Part shown: in pieces, positions 52,734-61,123 of the stretch
Layout: each line of letters opens with the position of its first letter
Position numbering within the stretch: position 1 is the first letter of the stretch
Assembly: GCA_033764435.1 (NCBI GenBank)
Contig: JANRIX010000010.1
Coordinates: 163,220 to 227,219, forward strand
From: Burkholderiales bacterium
GTDB taxonomy: Bacteria; Pseudomonadota; Gammaproteobacteria; Burkholderiales; Usitatibacteraceae
Direction of reading: 5' to 3'
DNA length: 64,000 bases
Program-made: the position numbers and the translations under genes
Notes under the pieces: model-generated
What the model saw: the letters and a program-made list of their open reading frames with translations, nothing else
The model's database searches: none
Told to the model about the DNA's origin: nothing

Positions 52734-53714
52734 ATGATCCGCAAACTCGCCATCACCGCCTTGACCGCGCTGGCCGTCGCCAGCGCGAACAGCGCCCTCG
52801 CCGACACCACCAAGGAGATCGTGCTCGGCATCATCTCCACCGAAGCCACCCAGAACCTGAAGCAGAACTGGGATCCGGTCGTGGCTGACATGCAGAAGAA
52901 GACCGGCCTCAAGGTCACCGCCTTCTTCGCGCCCGACTACGCGGGCATCATCGAAGGCATGCGCTTCAACAAGGTGCATGTCGCCTGGTACGGCAACAAA
53001 TCGGCCATCGAGGCCGTGGACCGCGCTTCGGGCGAGGTCTTCACCCAGATGGTCAATGCCGATGGCACGCAGGGCTACTACTCGCATCTCATCGTGCACA
53101 AGGACAGCCCGATCAATTCGCTGGATGACGTGCTGAAGAATGGCAAGAACTATTCGTTCTCCAACGGCGATCCCAACTCCACCTCCGGTTTCCTCGTGCC
53201 GTCCTACTACGTCTTCGCCCAGAACAAGATCGACGCCAAGACCCACTTCAAGATCACCCGCAGCGCCAATCACGAGACCAACGCGCTGGCCGTGGCCAAC
53301 AAGCAGGTCGACATCGCCACCAACAACAGCGAGAACCTGGACAAGATCAAGGAGCGCTTCCCCGACAAGTTCAAGGACATCAAGATTGTCTGGTCCTCGC
53401 CCCTGATTCCGCTGGATCCGCTGGTGATGAGGAAGGACCTGCCGGAAGCCACCAAGACCAAGGTGAAAGACTTCTTCTACACCTACGGCAAGACCGAGAG
53501 CGAGAAGAAAGTGCTGTGGAACCTGTCCAAGCTGTCCGGTTTCAAGCCTTCCTCGAACGCGCAGTTGGTCCCCATCCGCCAACTGGAACTCTTCCGTGAC
53601 AAGACCAAGATCGAGTCCGACACCAAGCTGACCGATGCCGAGAAGAAGGTCAAAGTCGCCGAGATCGACAAGAAGCTGGCCGAGCTGAATCAGCAGCTCG
53701 CGATGGCGAAGTAA
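52734..53714 (+). CDS. phnD: phosphonate ABC transporter substrate-binding protein PhnD
   Basis: Signal MIRKLAITALTALAVASANSALA; PhnD-like periplasmic binding-protein blocks. Confidence 0.85.
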   Translation: MIRKLAITALTALAVASANSALADTTKEIVLGIISTEATQNLKQNWDPVVADMQKKTGLKVTAFFAPDYAGIIEGMRFNKVHVAWYGNKSAIEAVDRASGEVFTQMVNADGTQGYYSHLIVHKDSPINSLDDVLKNGKNYSFSNGDPNSTSGFLVPSYYVFAQNKIDAKTHFKITRSANHETNALAVANKQVDIATNNSENLDKIKERFPDKFKDIKIVWSSPLIPLDPLVMRKDLPEATKTKVKDFFYTYGKTESEKKVLWNLSKLSGFKPSSNAQLVPIRQLELFRDKTKIESDTKLTDAEKKVKVAEIDKKLAELNQQLAMAK

Positions 53715-53723
53715 GGACATCCC

Positions 53724-54527
53724 ATGGCCGCCACCGCCCCCCTACCGCCACTCTCCACCCAGGCCAATCTGCCCAAGACTGAGTGGACCACGCTCATCAT
53801 GTGGGGCGTGGTGCTCGGGCTGCTGGCATTGTCCTGGCAGGGCGCGGACATGCGGCCGGCGGACCTGGTCCGCGATTCCGGCAACATGGCCAAGTACGCG
53901 GCCGACTTTTTTCCGCCCAACTTCGCCAACTGGCAGCTCTATCTGAAAGAGATGCTGGTCACGCTGCAGATCGCGCTGTGGGGCACGGCGCTTGCCGTGC
54001 TGTGTTCCATCCCGCTCGGCCTGCTCGCCGCCTCCAACATCACGCCCTGGTGGATTCACCAGCCGGTGCGCCGCCTGATGGATGCCTTCCGTGCCATCAA
54101 CGAGATGGTGTTCGCGATGCTCTTCGTGGTGGCCGTGGGGCTGGGCCCCTTTGCGGGTGTGCTGGCGCTCTGGGTGCACACCACCGGTACGCTGGCGAAG
54201 CTCTTCTCCGAGGCCGTGGAGGCGATCGACCCGCAGCCGGTGGAGGGCATCCGCGCGACCGGCGCGCACAAGCTGGAGGAAATCGCCTACGGCGTGATTC
54301 CGCAGGTAATGCCGCTGTGGGTGTCGTACACGCTGTACCGCTTCGAAGCCAACGTGCGCTCGGCCTCGGTCGTCGGCATGGTGGGCGCCGGCGGCATCGG
54401 CGTGGTGCTGTGGGAAATCATCCGCGGCTTCTACTACGCGGAGACGGCAGCGGTTCTGCTCATCATCATCGTCACCGTCACCCTGATCGACTTTGCCTCA
54501 GGCCGCCTGAGAAGGACGCTCATATGA
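53724..54527 (+). CDS. phnE: phosphonate ABC transporter permease PhnE
   Basis: 267 aa with ~6 TM helices and an EAA-like loop ...[19 protein letters not shown]. Confidence 0.85.
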   Translation: MAATAPLPPLSTQANLPKTEWTTLIMWGVVLGLLALSWQGADMRPADLVRDSGNMAKYAADFFPPNFANWQLYLKEMLVTLQIALWGTALAVLCSIPLGLLAASNITPWWIHQPVRRLMDAFRAINEMVFAMLFVVAVGLGPFAGVLALWVHTTGTLAKLFSEAVEAIDPQPVEGIRATGAHKLEEIAYGVIPQVMPLWVSYTLYRFEANVRSASVVGMVGAGGIGVVLWEIIRGFYYAETAAVLLIIIVTVTLIDFASGRLRRTLI

Positions 54528-55078
54528 ACACCATCGAGGACATCCTGGCCGTGATTGATGGTCAGGGTTCGCGCCAATACGGCCGCGAAGCGGTGAGCCA
54601 GCGTGAGCACGCGCTGCAGTGCGCGCAACTGGCCGAACAGGCGGGCGCGCCGGATACGCTGGTGGTTGCGGCACTGCTTCATGACTTCGGCCATCTGGTG
54701 AACAGTACGGCCGACACGGATGGCCCGGATGTGGACGATGTGCATCAGTACATCGCGATTCCTTTTCTCCGTCCGTTCTTCCCGCCGGCGGTGCTCGAAC
54801 CCATCCGCATGCATGTCGAGGCGAAGCGGTATCTGTGCCGCGTGGACCCGGCATATTGGGCCGGCCTGTCCGATTGCTCCAAGCACACCCTCAAGCTGCA
54901 GGGCGGCATCTTCTCCGAGGAGGAGGCGGCGCAGTTCATTCAGCGTCCCTTCGCCGCCGATGCGGTCAAGCTGCGCATTTGGGATGACCGCGCCAAAACC
55001 CCGGGGCTCGAGACGCGACCCACGCGCCACTATGCCGCCGTGATGGCGCGCTGCCTGACGGCAGAATCCGTGATCTGA
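54524..55078 (+). CDS. HD-domain phosphohydrolase/oxygenase-like protein (PhnZ-like position at end of phn cluster)
   Basis: [15 protein letters not shown]...AALLHDFGH (His..HD..His metal ligands); start overlaps the phnE stop; in frame within ORF 53783..55078. Confidence 0.65.
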   Translation: MNTIEDILAVIDGQGSRQYGREAVSQREHALQCAQLAEQAGAPDTLVVAALLHDFGHLVNSTADTDGPDVDDVHQYIAIPFLRPFFPPAVLEPIRMHVEAKRYLCRVDPAYWAGLSDCSKHTLKLQGGIFSEEEAAQFIQRPFAADAVKLRIWDDRAKTPGLETRPTRHYAAVMARCLTAESVI

Positions 55079-55168
55079 TACCCGGTTTCACCAGGGCTTT
55101 GCGTGCACGACGGCGCAAACCGGCCGCGCTGGCGTTAACATCGGGCACTCGACTCACGATGGTGCCCC

Positions 55169-55591
55169 ATGACAACACTGACCCCTTTCCACATCGCCTT
55201 CCCCGTCAACGATCTCGCCGCCGCCCGCAACTTCTACGGCAGCGTGCTGGGCTGCCCGGAGGGCCGCTCGTCCGATGAGTGGATCGACTTCGATCTTTTC
55301 GGCCATCAGATCGTGGCGCATCTGTCGAAAGAGACATCAACGCGCATCCACAATCCCGTGGACGGGCATGACGTGCCGGTGCCGCACTTCGGTGTGGTGC
55401 TGAAATGGGACGACTTCCATGCGCTGGCCGATCGCATCCGCGCGGCCGGAATCAAGTTCGCCATCGAGCCCTATATCCGCTTTGCCGGGCTGCCGGGCGA
55501 GCAGGCGACCATGTTCTTCTACGACCCGGCCGGCAATGCGCTGGAGTTCAAGTCGTTCAAGGATTTCGGCCAGATCTTCGCCAAGCAGTAA
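55169..55591 (+). CDS. VOC (glyoxalase/bleomycin-resistance/dioxygenase) family protein
   Basis: [23 protein letters not shown]...HFGVVL...[12 protein letters not shown]. Confidence 0.85.
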   Translation: MTTLTPFHIAFPVNDLAAARNFYGSVLGCPEGRSSDEWIDFDLFGHQIVAHLSKETSTRIHNPVDGHDVPVPHFGVVLKWDDFHALADRIRAAGIKFAIEPYIRFAGLPGEQATMFFYDPAGNALEFKSFKDFGQIFAKQ

Positions 55592-55597
55592 GCGGCG

Positions 55598-56533
55598 ATG
55601 ACTGTTCCCGCCCTCGCTGTCTGGGCCGGCCCGAAGACGACGGAGTACCGCTCGCTTTTTCGCGCGGCCGCACCCGACATAGCTGTCGCGGCGGCGGACG
55701 ACATCGCGGATACATCGTCTGTCGAATGGCTGGCCGGCTGGCGACTGCCGCCCGGATACTTCGCCCGCTTTCCCCGACTCAAGGTGTTCTTCGGGCTCGG
55801 CGCCGGCGTGGACGCGGTGCTGACGCGCGACGACCTAGCGCCCCATGTGCAGGTGGTGAAGCTGGCCGATGCCGGCATGGCGCCACAAATGGCCGAGTTC
55901 GCACTCATGGGTGTGCTCCACTGGCAGCGGCGCATGGGCGAATATTCGCAACAGCAGGCGGCATGCGAATGGAAGCCCCTGCCGCCGCGACTGCGTGCCA
56001 ATGTGCGCGTGACCGTGCTGGGACTGGGTGCCATTGGCGGTGAAGTGGCGCGCACGCTGGCCGACTTCGGCTATCGCGTGAGCGGGTGGAGCCGTTCGCA
56101 GAAATCCATTGCCGGTGTGCGCTGCCTGCACGGGCGCGACGCGTTGCAGGCGCTGCTCGCGGACACCGATGTGCTGGTCAACATGCTGCCCTCGACCCGG
56201 GAGACGCGCGGCCTCATCAATCATGCCGTGCTGTCCGCGCTTCCCGCCGGCGCGTATGTCGTCAACGGTTCACGCGGCGATCAGCTGGATGCGGACGCAT
56301 TGCTCCAGCTGCTGGAGAGCGATCATCTCTCCGGCGCGCTGCTGGATGTGTTCGCCACTGAGCCATTGCCTGCGGACAGCCCGCTCTGGCACCACGCGAA
56401 TATTCGCATCACGCCGCATGTGGCCGCGGTCACCCTTCCGGGCGAAGCGGTCGAGCAGATCGTGGCGAATATTCGCAGGCTGCAAAGGCACGAACCGATG
56501 ACCGGCTTGGTGGAACGCGGCAGGGGCTACTAA
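55598..56533 (+). CDS. D-isomer-specific 2-hydroxyacid dehydrogenase family (GhrA-like glyoxylate/hydroxypyruvate reductase)
   Basis: NAD-binding VTVLGLGAIGGEVARTLADFGYRVSGWSRS; catalytic region NGSRGDQLD...DVFATEPLP...HHANIRITPHVA. Contains three perfect palindrome copies. Confidence 0.85.
   Translation: MTVPALAVWAGPKTTEYRSLFRAAAPDIAVAAADDIADTSSVEWLAGWRLPPGYFARFPRLKVFFGLGAGVDAVLTRDDLAPHVQVVKLADAGMAPQMAEFALMGVLHWQRRMGEYSQQQAACEWKPLPPRLRANVRVTVLGLGAIGGEVARTLADFGYRVSGWSRSQKSIAGVRCLHGRDALQALLADTDVLVNMLPSTRETRGLINHAVLSALPAGAYVVNGSRGDQLDADALLQLLESDHLSGALLDVFATEPLPADSPLWHHANIRITPHVAAVTLPGEAVEQIVANIRRLQRHEPMTGLVERGRGY
55938..55949. repeat. GCGAATATTCGC palindrome copy (perfect)
   Basis: 12/12; in the 2-HADH gene, reads EYS (frame checked). 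Confidence 0.95.
56396..56407. repeat. GCGAATATTCGC palindrome copy (perfect)
   Basis: 12/12; in the 2-HADH gene, reads ANIR (frame checked). Confidence 0.95.
56465..56476. repeat. GCGAATATTCGC palindrome copy (perfect)
   Basis: 12/12; in the 2-HADH gene, reads ANIR; 69 bp from the previous copy. Confidence 0.95.
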
Positions 56534-56715
56534 CGCCGCACGCCGCACTGCGCTTGACCGCGACGGTGCTTCATGGTGTCATGCGCGCACTTAATTCATT
56601 GGTGCCGCAGGTCGCGGCACTGACCCGCCCTCGAGAGGCGCTGCAGCGGAGCCCCTCCGCCACGCTCGATGCCGGGAATTCTGATTAAGGGCGCCTTCTA
56701 CCAAGGAGGCTGCCC

Positions 56716-57456
56716 ATGCAGAACCCGCGTTCCCCCGTTTCTTCTCCCATCACCGTTGGCCGTGTCGTCGGACTCTGGCGCTATCCGGTCAAATCCATGG
56801 CGGCGGAAGCGCTCACCACAGTTGACGTGAACTGGCACGGTCTGGCTGGCGACCGGCGCTGGGCGTTCATCCGCAATGGCGTCCCCAACAGCGGATTTCC
56901 CTGGTTCACGCTGCGGGAGCGCCGAGACTTGAATCACTTCATCCCCCGATTTCTGGATCGTGCAGTGCCGGACAAGTCGCTGGTAGTGGTTCGCGCACCA
57001 TCAGGCGTCGAGTACGAGGTGGCAGATCCGGCGCTGGGAAGGCTGCTCGATGTGAGCGGACTGCGCGCAATCAAGCAAGATCGCGGCATCTTCGACACGT
57101 TCCCGATTTCGCTCGTCACGACTCGGTCGATTGCATCTCTCGTGGCCACGATGGGCAGCCCGTTGGATCCGCTGAGATTCCGGCCCAACATTCTGGTCGA
57201 GACGATCGGGCCCGCCCCGTTTCAGGAGGATGAGTGGGTGGGACGAATTCTTCGGATCGGCGAGCTGCACCTGCGCGTGGACAAGCGTGACGGACGTTGC
57301 GCTGTCATCACCATCGACCCCGTCACCACGGAAGCCAATCCGGAGATCCTGCGTACGGTTGCGGAGACAAGGGAGGGATGTGTCGGCGTCTACGGTTCGA
57401 CCGTGGTCCCGGGACGGGTGACTTTGAATGATGCAGTGGTGATCCAAACCACCTGA
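56716..57456 (+). CDS. MOSC domain-containing protein
   Basis: VGLWRYPVKSMAAEAL (MOSC N-terminal beta-barrel) and ...GDRRWAF...RFRPNILVE...GRCAVITIDP. Confidence 0.85.
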   Translation: MQNPRSPVSSPITVGRVVGLWRYPVKSMAAEALTTVDVNWHGLAGDRRWAFIRNGVPNSGFPWFTLRERRDLNHFIPRFLDRAVPDKSLVVVRAPSGVEYEVADPALGRLLDVSGLRAIKQDRGIFDTFPISLVTTRSIASLVATMGSPLDPLRFRPNILVETIGPAPFQEDEWVGRILRIGELHLRVDKRDGRCAVITIDPVTTEANPEILRTVAETREGCVGVYGSTVVPGRVTLNDAVVIQTT

Positions 57457-57471
57457 TCATCCTGACGCAGA

Positions 57472-57504
57472 CCGGTCGGGGACTGGACATACAGTCCCCG
57501 GACC
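57472..57504 (+). terminator. strong GC hairpin downstream of the MOSC gene (no U-tract)
   Basis: ccggtcggggactg-gacata-cagtccccggacc, 12-bp stem with one bulge, 16 nt after the stop. Confidence 0.35.
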
Positions 57505-57724
57505 AGCACAGCCGCGTGCAATGCTCGTGGGCAATGGCGATTGAATCTGGAAGGCATGATCCGCGTGCGGCGCCGCGCAAGATGGTTTCCGCAAGTGTCG
57601 CAGTGTCGAGTGCTGCAACTATTCGCAATGTCCATCAAGTGATTCACCGCATTGCCGAATTCTGCCAAACTCCCCCCACCAGTCCGGCGCCCGACTCCGG
57701 CCAAACCATTCAGGGAGACAAACC

Positions 57725-58081
57725 ATGAACCTCGAAGACCTGCTGCCGTATCAGACCGATCTCAAGGTTGTGCCCGTGGGCCACACGCTGTTCAGCGAGG
57801 GCGACAGCGGCCAGGACATGTATGTCTTGGTGACTGGGCGCATGGACATCCGCATCAAGGACACCATCGTGGAGTCGGCCGCACCGGGGGCCATCATCGG
57901 CGAGATGTCGCTGATCGACGGCGCGCCGCGCTCGGCCACGGCGGTTGCGCGCGAGGAATGCACGCTCATCGCCATTGACCGGATGCGCTTTCGCCAGATG
58001 ACGCGAGAGATTCCGGACTTCGCGCTGGACGTGATGAAGGGCATGGCCGACCGCCTGCGCCGGCTGGGTAAGTTGCTCTGA
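57725..58081 (+). CDS. cyclic-nucleotide-binding (cNMP/Crp-type) domain protein, stand-alone
   Basis: LFSEGDSGQDMYVLVTGRMDI...GEMSLIDGAPRSATAVA (beta-roll phosphate-binding cassette); 118 aa with no DNA-binding domain. Confidence 0.8.
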   Translation: MNLEDLLPYQTDLKVVPVGHTLFSEGDSGQDMYVLVTGRMDIRIKDTIVESAAPGAIIGEMSLIDGAPRSATAVAREECTLIAIDRMRFRQMTREIPDFALDVMKGMADRLRRLGKLL

Positions 58082-58108
58082 CGATCTCTCGTTGCCGGTG
58101 ACCCGGCG

Positions 58109-58750
58109 TCACTCGACGCGGGTCACTTCCTGCAGCATTTCATTGCGGCGCAGGAACCACGGCACCATCGGCGCGTTGTAGCGCGCCATTTCCGGACGGC
58201 CGACCGCGCGGAGGCCGGACTGCTTCACCCACGTTGCGAGCTCCGCTTCATATTGCGGCACATCGCCCAGACCCCACGCACCGCTGAAATCGCGCACGGC
58301 CACGAGGCGCGCAGGCACTTCGCGCAGGCGCACCGCCGGATCGCGCGGCGCCGGTGCATTGGCCAGCGTGAAGCGCGCAGGGAGCACGAAGGCAACGACA
58401 TGGCGGCCGGTCGCGCTGGCCTCGCGCTGGGTCACCGGCACGGTCATCTCGATTTTTTCCCCGACCGCTGACTGGGTCACGGGCACGGTCATTTCGATCT
58501 TCGTTGCACCCGTGTTCTCGCCCGAGATGTAGCGGAAGAGCGGACGGAATGCGCGGTTGCCGGCTTCGGTGAAGTCGGCTTCGACTTCGATCTCGGCGAC
58601 GACATAGGGCGAATATTCGCGAAGCTCGTAGCGGCCGTCCTTCTTCACCACCTTGAACACGGGTTCTTCAATGGCCATGGCGGCGAGGCTGGTGAACGTT
58701 GCCAGCAGGAACGCGGCAAGGCTTGCGATGAGGGAAATGGCGGCGCGCAT
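58109..58750 (-). CDS. SOUL/HBP heme-binding family protein with an in-frame 45-bp tandem duplication
   Basis: Signal MRAAISLIASLAAFLLATFTSLAAMA; SOUL-like blocks; KIEMTVPVTQ occurs twice 15 aa apart. Confidence 0.8.
   Translation of the reverse strand: MRAAISLIASLAAFLLATFTSLAAMAIEEPVFKVVKKDGRYELREYSPYVVAEIEVEADFTEAGNRAFRPLFRYISGENTGATKIEMTVPVTQSAVGEKIEMTVPVTQREASATGRHVVAFVLPARFTLANAPAPRDPAVRLREVPARLVAVRDFSGAWGLGDVPQYEAELATWVKQSGLRAVGRPEMARYNAPMVPWFLRRNEMLQEVTRVE
58427..58501. repeat. 45-bp tandem duplication inside the SOUL gene
   Basis: ctgggtcaccggcacggtcatctcgatttt... and ctgggtcacgggcacggtcatttcgatctt... at 45-bp spacing, encoding the duplicated KIEMTVPVTQ. Confidence 0.7.
58609..58620. 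repeat. GCGAATATTCGC palindrome copy (perfect)
   Basis: 12/12; in the SOUL gene (minus), reads EYS (frame checked). Confidence 0.95.
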
Positions 58751-58848
58751 TGATGGGTCTCTCCAGGAAAAAAGGCCCGCCCCATGCAGGGCGGGCATTC
58801 AAGCACCGATTACTACAAAACAAAATGCTGCGTCCGGGTCGTCTGGAA

Positions 58849-59307
58849 TCAGGGCAGCACGACCGTGTCGATCACGTGGATCACGCCATTCGTGGTCTCG
58901 ATGTCGGTCTTGACCACTTTGGCGTTGTTCACCGTGACGCCACCGGTGGTGCCGATCTTGAACGTCTTGCCGTTGACGGTCTTCACGTCACCGGCCTTCA
59001 CATCCTTGGCCATGACCTTGCCCGCGACGACGTGGTACTTCAGCACGGCGGCCAGCTTTTCCTTGTCCTTCAGCAGCGCATCGAGCTGGGCCTTCGGAAT
59101 CTTGGCGAAGGCTTCATCGGTGGGCGCGAACACAGTGAACGGGCCCGGTCCCTTCAGCGTGTCGACCAGACCCGCGGCCTGCACAGCGGTCACCAGCGTA
59201 TTGAACATGCCGGCAGATTTGGCCGTGTCGACGATGTCCGACTTGGCAAAGGCAAATGAAGACACGGTAAGTGCGGCGGCAGCGACAGCGGCTTGAAACA
59301 GTTTCAT
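58849..59307 (-). CDS. fasciclin (FAS1) domain protein, secreted
   Basis: Signal [21 protein letters not shown]; FAS1 blocks [31 protein letters not shown]...[13 protein letters not shown]. Start at M175 of ORF 58849..59829, RBS ggaga. Confidence 0.85.
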   Translation of the reverse strand: MKLFQAAVAAAALTVSSFAFAKSDIVDTAKSAGMFNTLVTAVQAAGLVDTLKGPGPFTVFAPTDEAFAKIPKAQLDALLKDKEKLAAVLKYHVVAGKVMAKDVKAGDVKTVNGKTFKIGTTGGVTVNNAKVVKTDIETTNGVIHVIDTVVLP

Positions 59308-59824
59308 CAGGATCTCCATGCAGTCTGAGTGAAGAGGTTGAAATGCAAGCAGGTGGTCGGGAAACAGCGCACCTTCGGACCTGGCCGACCTCACAGACTC
59401 ATCAGGCGCGACGGACTCGCCACGGGCTTGCACGCCACCGGTTCGGTGGCTGCCGCATCGGTCGCCGACCAGACCGGCCGGCAGAAGCGACCCTCGGCCG
59501 TGCTGACGCCACGATGGGCGACAGCCCCTGCAGACGACGACGCAGCCGATGCGACCACGGCACGATCCTGATGAACTGCGGGCGCGGCCAGTGCGCGAGT
59601 GCTGCGCTCTCCTGCCAACCCGACGTCGAGACCGATCAGACCTGCGAGCAGAGCCGGTACCCACCCAACCCACACACCCGTTCCCGTTGACTTGCTGTGC
59701 ATGACCATCCCCTGTTGTCCAGAACTGCGTGGAACCCGGGCAATCCATGCCGGCCCGGCTGCAGGAGACGTCTCGGCACCTCGAAAACGGTGGCGGAAGC
59801 CCGTGGACCGGTGGCACAATGCCT

Positions 59825-59865
59825 GTCACGTAGTCTTCTCAGTCAAAACGTGACTGATTAGTCAC
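59825..59865. promoter_or_regulatory. putative TetR operator: imperfect 16-bp palindrome gtgactgattagtcac plus upstream gtcacgtagtc half-sites
   Basis: Located 40-80 bp upstream of the TetR start in the divergent fasciclin/TetR intergenic region. Confidence 0.4.
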
Positions 59866-59902
59866 GAATTGAACTTCAAAGTTCATTGCAAGTCAATCAT
59901 TC

Positions 59903-60523
59903 ATGCTCGATATAAAAATTCCCTTTAGAAAACAGCAATTTGAGGCGCGCGAAGAAGCCATCCTCGATGCCGTGAACCGGCTCCTGAGCGAAAAAGGCTT
60001 CGACCTCATGACCATGGATGACGTGGCCGAAGCGGTTGGCGTGGCCAAGGGCAGCCTCTATAAACACTTCTCCTCCAAGGAAAAGCTGGCGGCAGCCACG
60101 CTGACCCGGCTGCTCAACCAGACCCTGGAAATACTCGACGCCATGCCGGCCGACTGGACGCCGGGACGGCGGCTGGAAGGGATCCTGCGCTGGTCGATCC
60201 AGCACCGTCTGCGCGGTGGCGTACCGCATTTGCCGTCCACTCGTGGTGCGCTGCAGCGCGCGCTGATGATGAGCCTTGATTACCTCGCCGTGGCAATCAA
60301 GGTGAACAAGCGGTTCTACGGACTGGTGAAGGATGCGAAGGCCGCGGGCGAACTCAACGCCGCCATGCCGGATGACGTCATCGTCTACACCTTGTACTCG
60401 CGCTCCTGCGATCCGACGGTGGAATTCCTGCGCCGCGACGGCAAACTGAGCCACGAGGAGATCGTCGAGGCCATGGTCACGGCGACCTTTGCCGGACTGA
60501 ACGCACGGCCGAAGGCAGACTGA
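59903..60523 (+). CDS. TetR/AcrR-family transcriptional regulator
   Basis: N-terminal HTH LTMDDVAEAVGVAKGSLYKHFSSKEKL. Confidence 0.85.
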   Translation: MLDIKIPFRKQQFEAREEAILDAVNRLLSEKGFDLMTMDDVAEAVGVAKGSLYKHFSSKEKLAAATLTRLLNQTLEILDAMPADWTPGRRLEGILRWSIQHRLRGGVPHLPSTRGALQRALMMSLDYLAVAIKVNKRFYGLVKDAKAAGELNAAMPDDVIVYTLYSRSCDPTVEFLRRDGKLSHEEIVEAMVTATFAGLNARPKAD

Positions 60524-60566
60524 GCGTCCGCGTCGCCCGAGCCGCGCGCACGGGCGACGCAAACCT

Positions 60567-60578
60567 GCGAATATTCGC
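60567..60578. repeat. GCGAATATTCGC palindrome copy (perfect)
   Basis: 12/12, extended TGCGAATATTCGCA; ends 2 nt before the GTG start of the KefG-like gene. Confidence 0.95.
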
Positions 60579-60580
60579 AG

Positions 60581-61123
60581 GTGATCCTGCTCCTCCACGC
60601 CCACCCCTATCCCTCACGCTCGCGGGCGTGCAAAGCGCTGCTCCACGCGGCGCGCGAGGTGGCGAATATTCGCATCCACAGCCTGTATGAGCGGTATCCG
60701 GACTTCGACATTGATGTGACCGGGGAACAAGCCCTGCTGCGCGAAGCGGCGCGCATCGTGGCGTTGCACCCCATCTACTGGTACGCCCCGCCCGGCCTCT
60801 TCAAGCATTGGCTGGACAAGGTGCTGGTGCGCGGCTTCGCCTACGGACCCGGTGGCGACGCGCTGGTCGGCAAGTCCTTCCTGTGGGCTCCCACGACCGG
60901 TGGCGATGACCACGCCTATTCGGCGGCCGGCATGCATGAACATCCGTTCACCGCCTTCATGGGACCGATGCAGCAGACCGCGCGCTATTGCCGCATGCAC
61001 TGGGAAGAGCCCTTCGTGCTGCATGGCGCGCATGTGATGGACGACGCCACGCTGGCCGCGCAGGCGGCAGCGTTCGCGGCACGCCTCGCCCATCCGCCCG
61101 GACAGGCCAGCCATGCTGTTTGA
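60581..61123 (+). CDS. kefG: NAD(P)H-dependent oxidoreductase, KefG/KefF-type ancillary subunit of the K+ efflux system
   Basis: [22 protein letters not shown]... flavodoxin-like NAD(P)H-quinone-oxidoreductase fold; overlaps kefC start by 11 nt; GTG start. Confidence 0.7.
   Translation: MILLLHAHPYPSRSRACKALLHAAREVANIRIHSLYERYPDFDIDVTGEQALLREAARIVALHPIYWYAPPGLFKHWLDKVLVRGFAYGPGGDALVGKSFLWAPTTGGDDHAYSAAGMHEHPFTAFMGPMQQTARYCRMHWEEPFVLHGAHVMDDATLAAQAAAFAARLAHPPGQASHAV
60662..60673. repeat. GCGAATATTCGC palindrome copy (perfect)
   Basis: 12/12; in the KefG-like gene, reads ANIR (frame checked). Confidence 0.95.
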
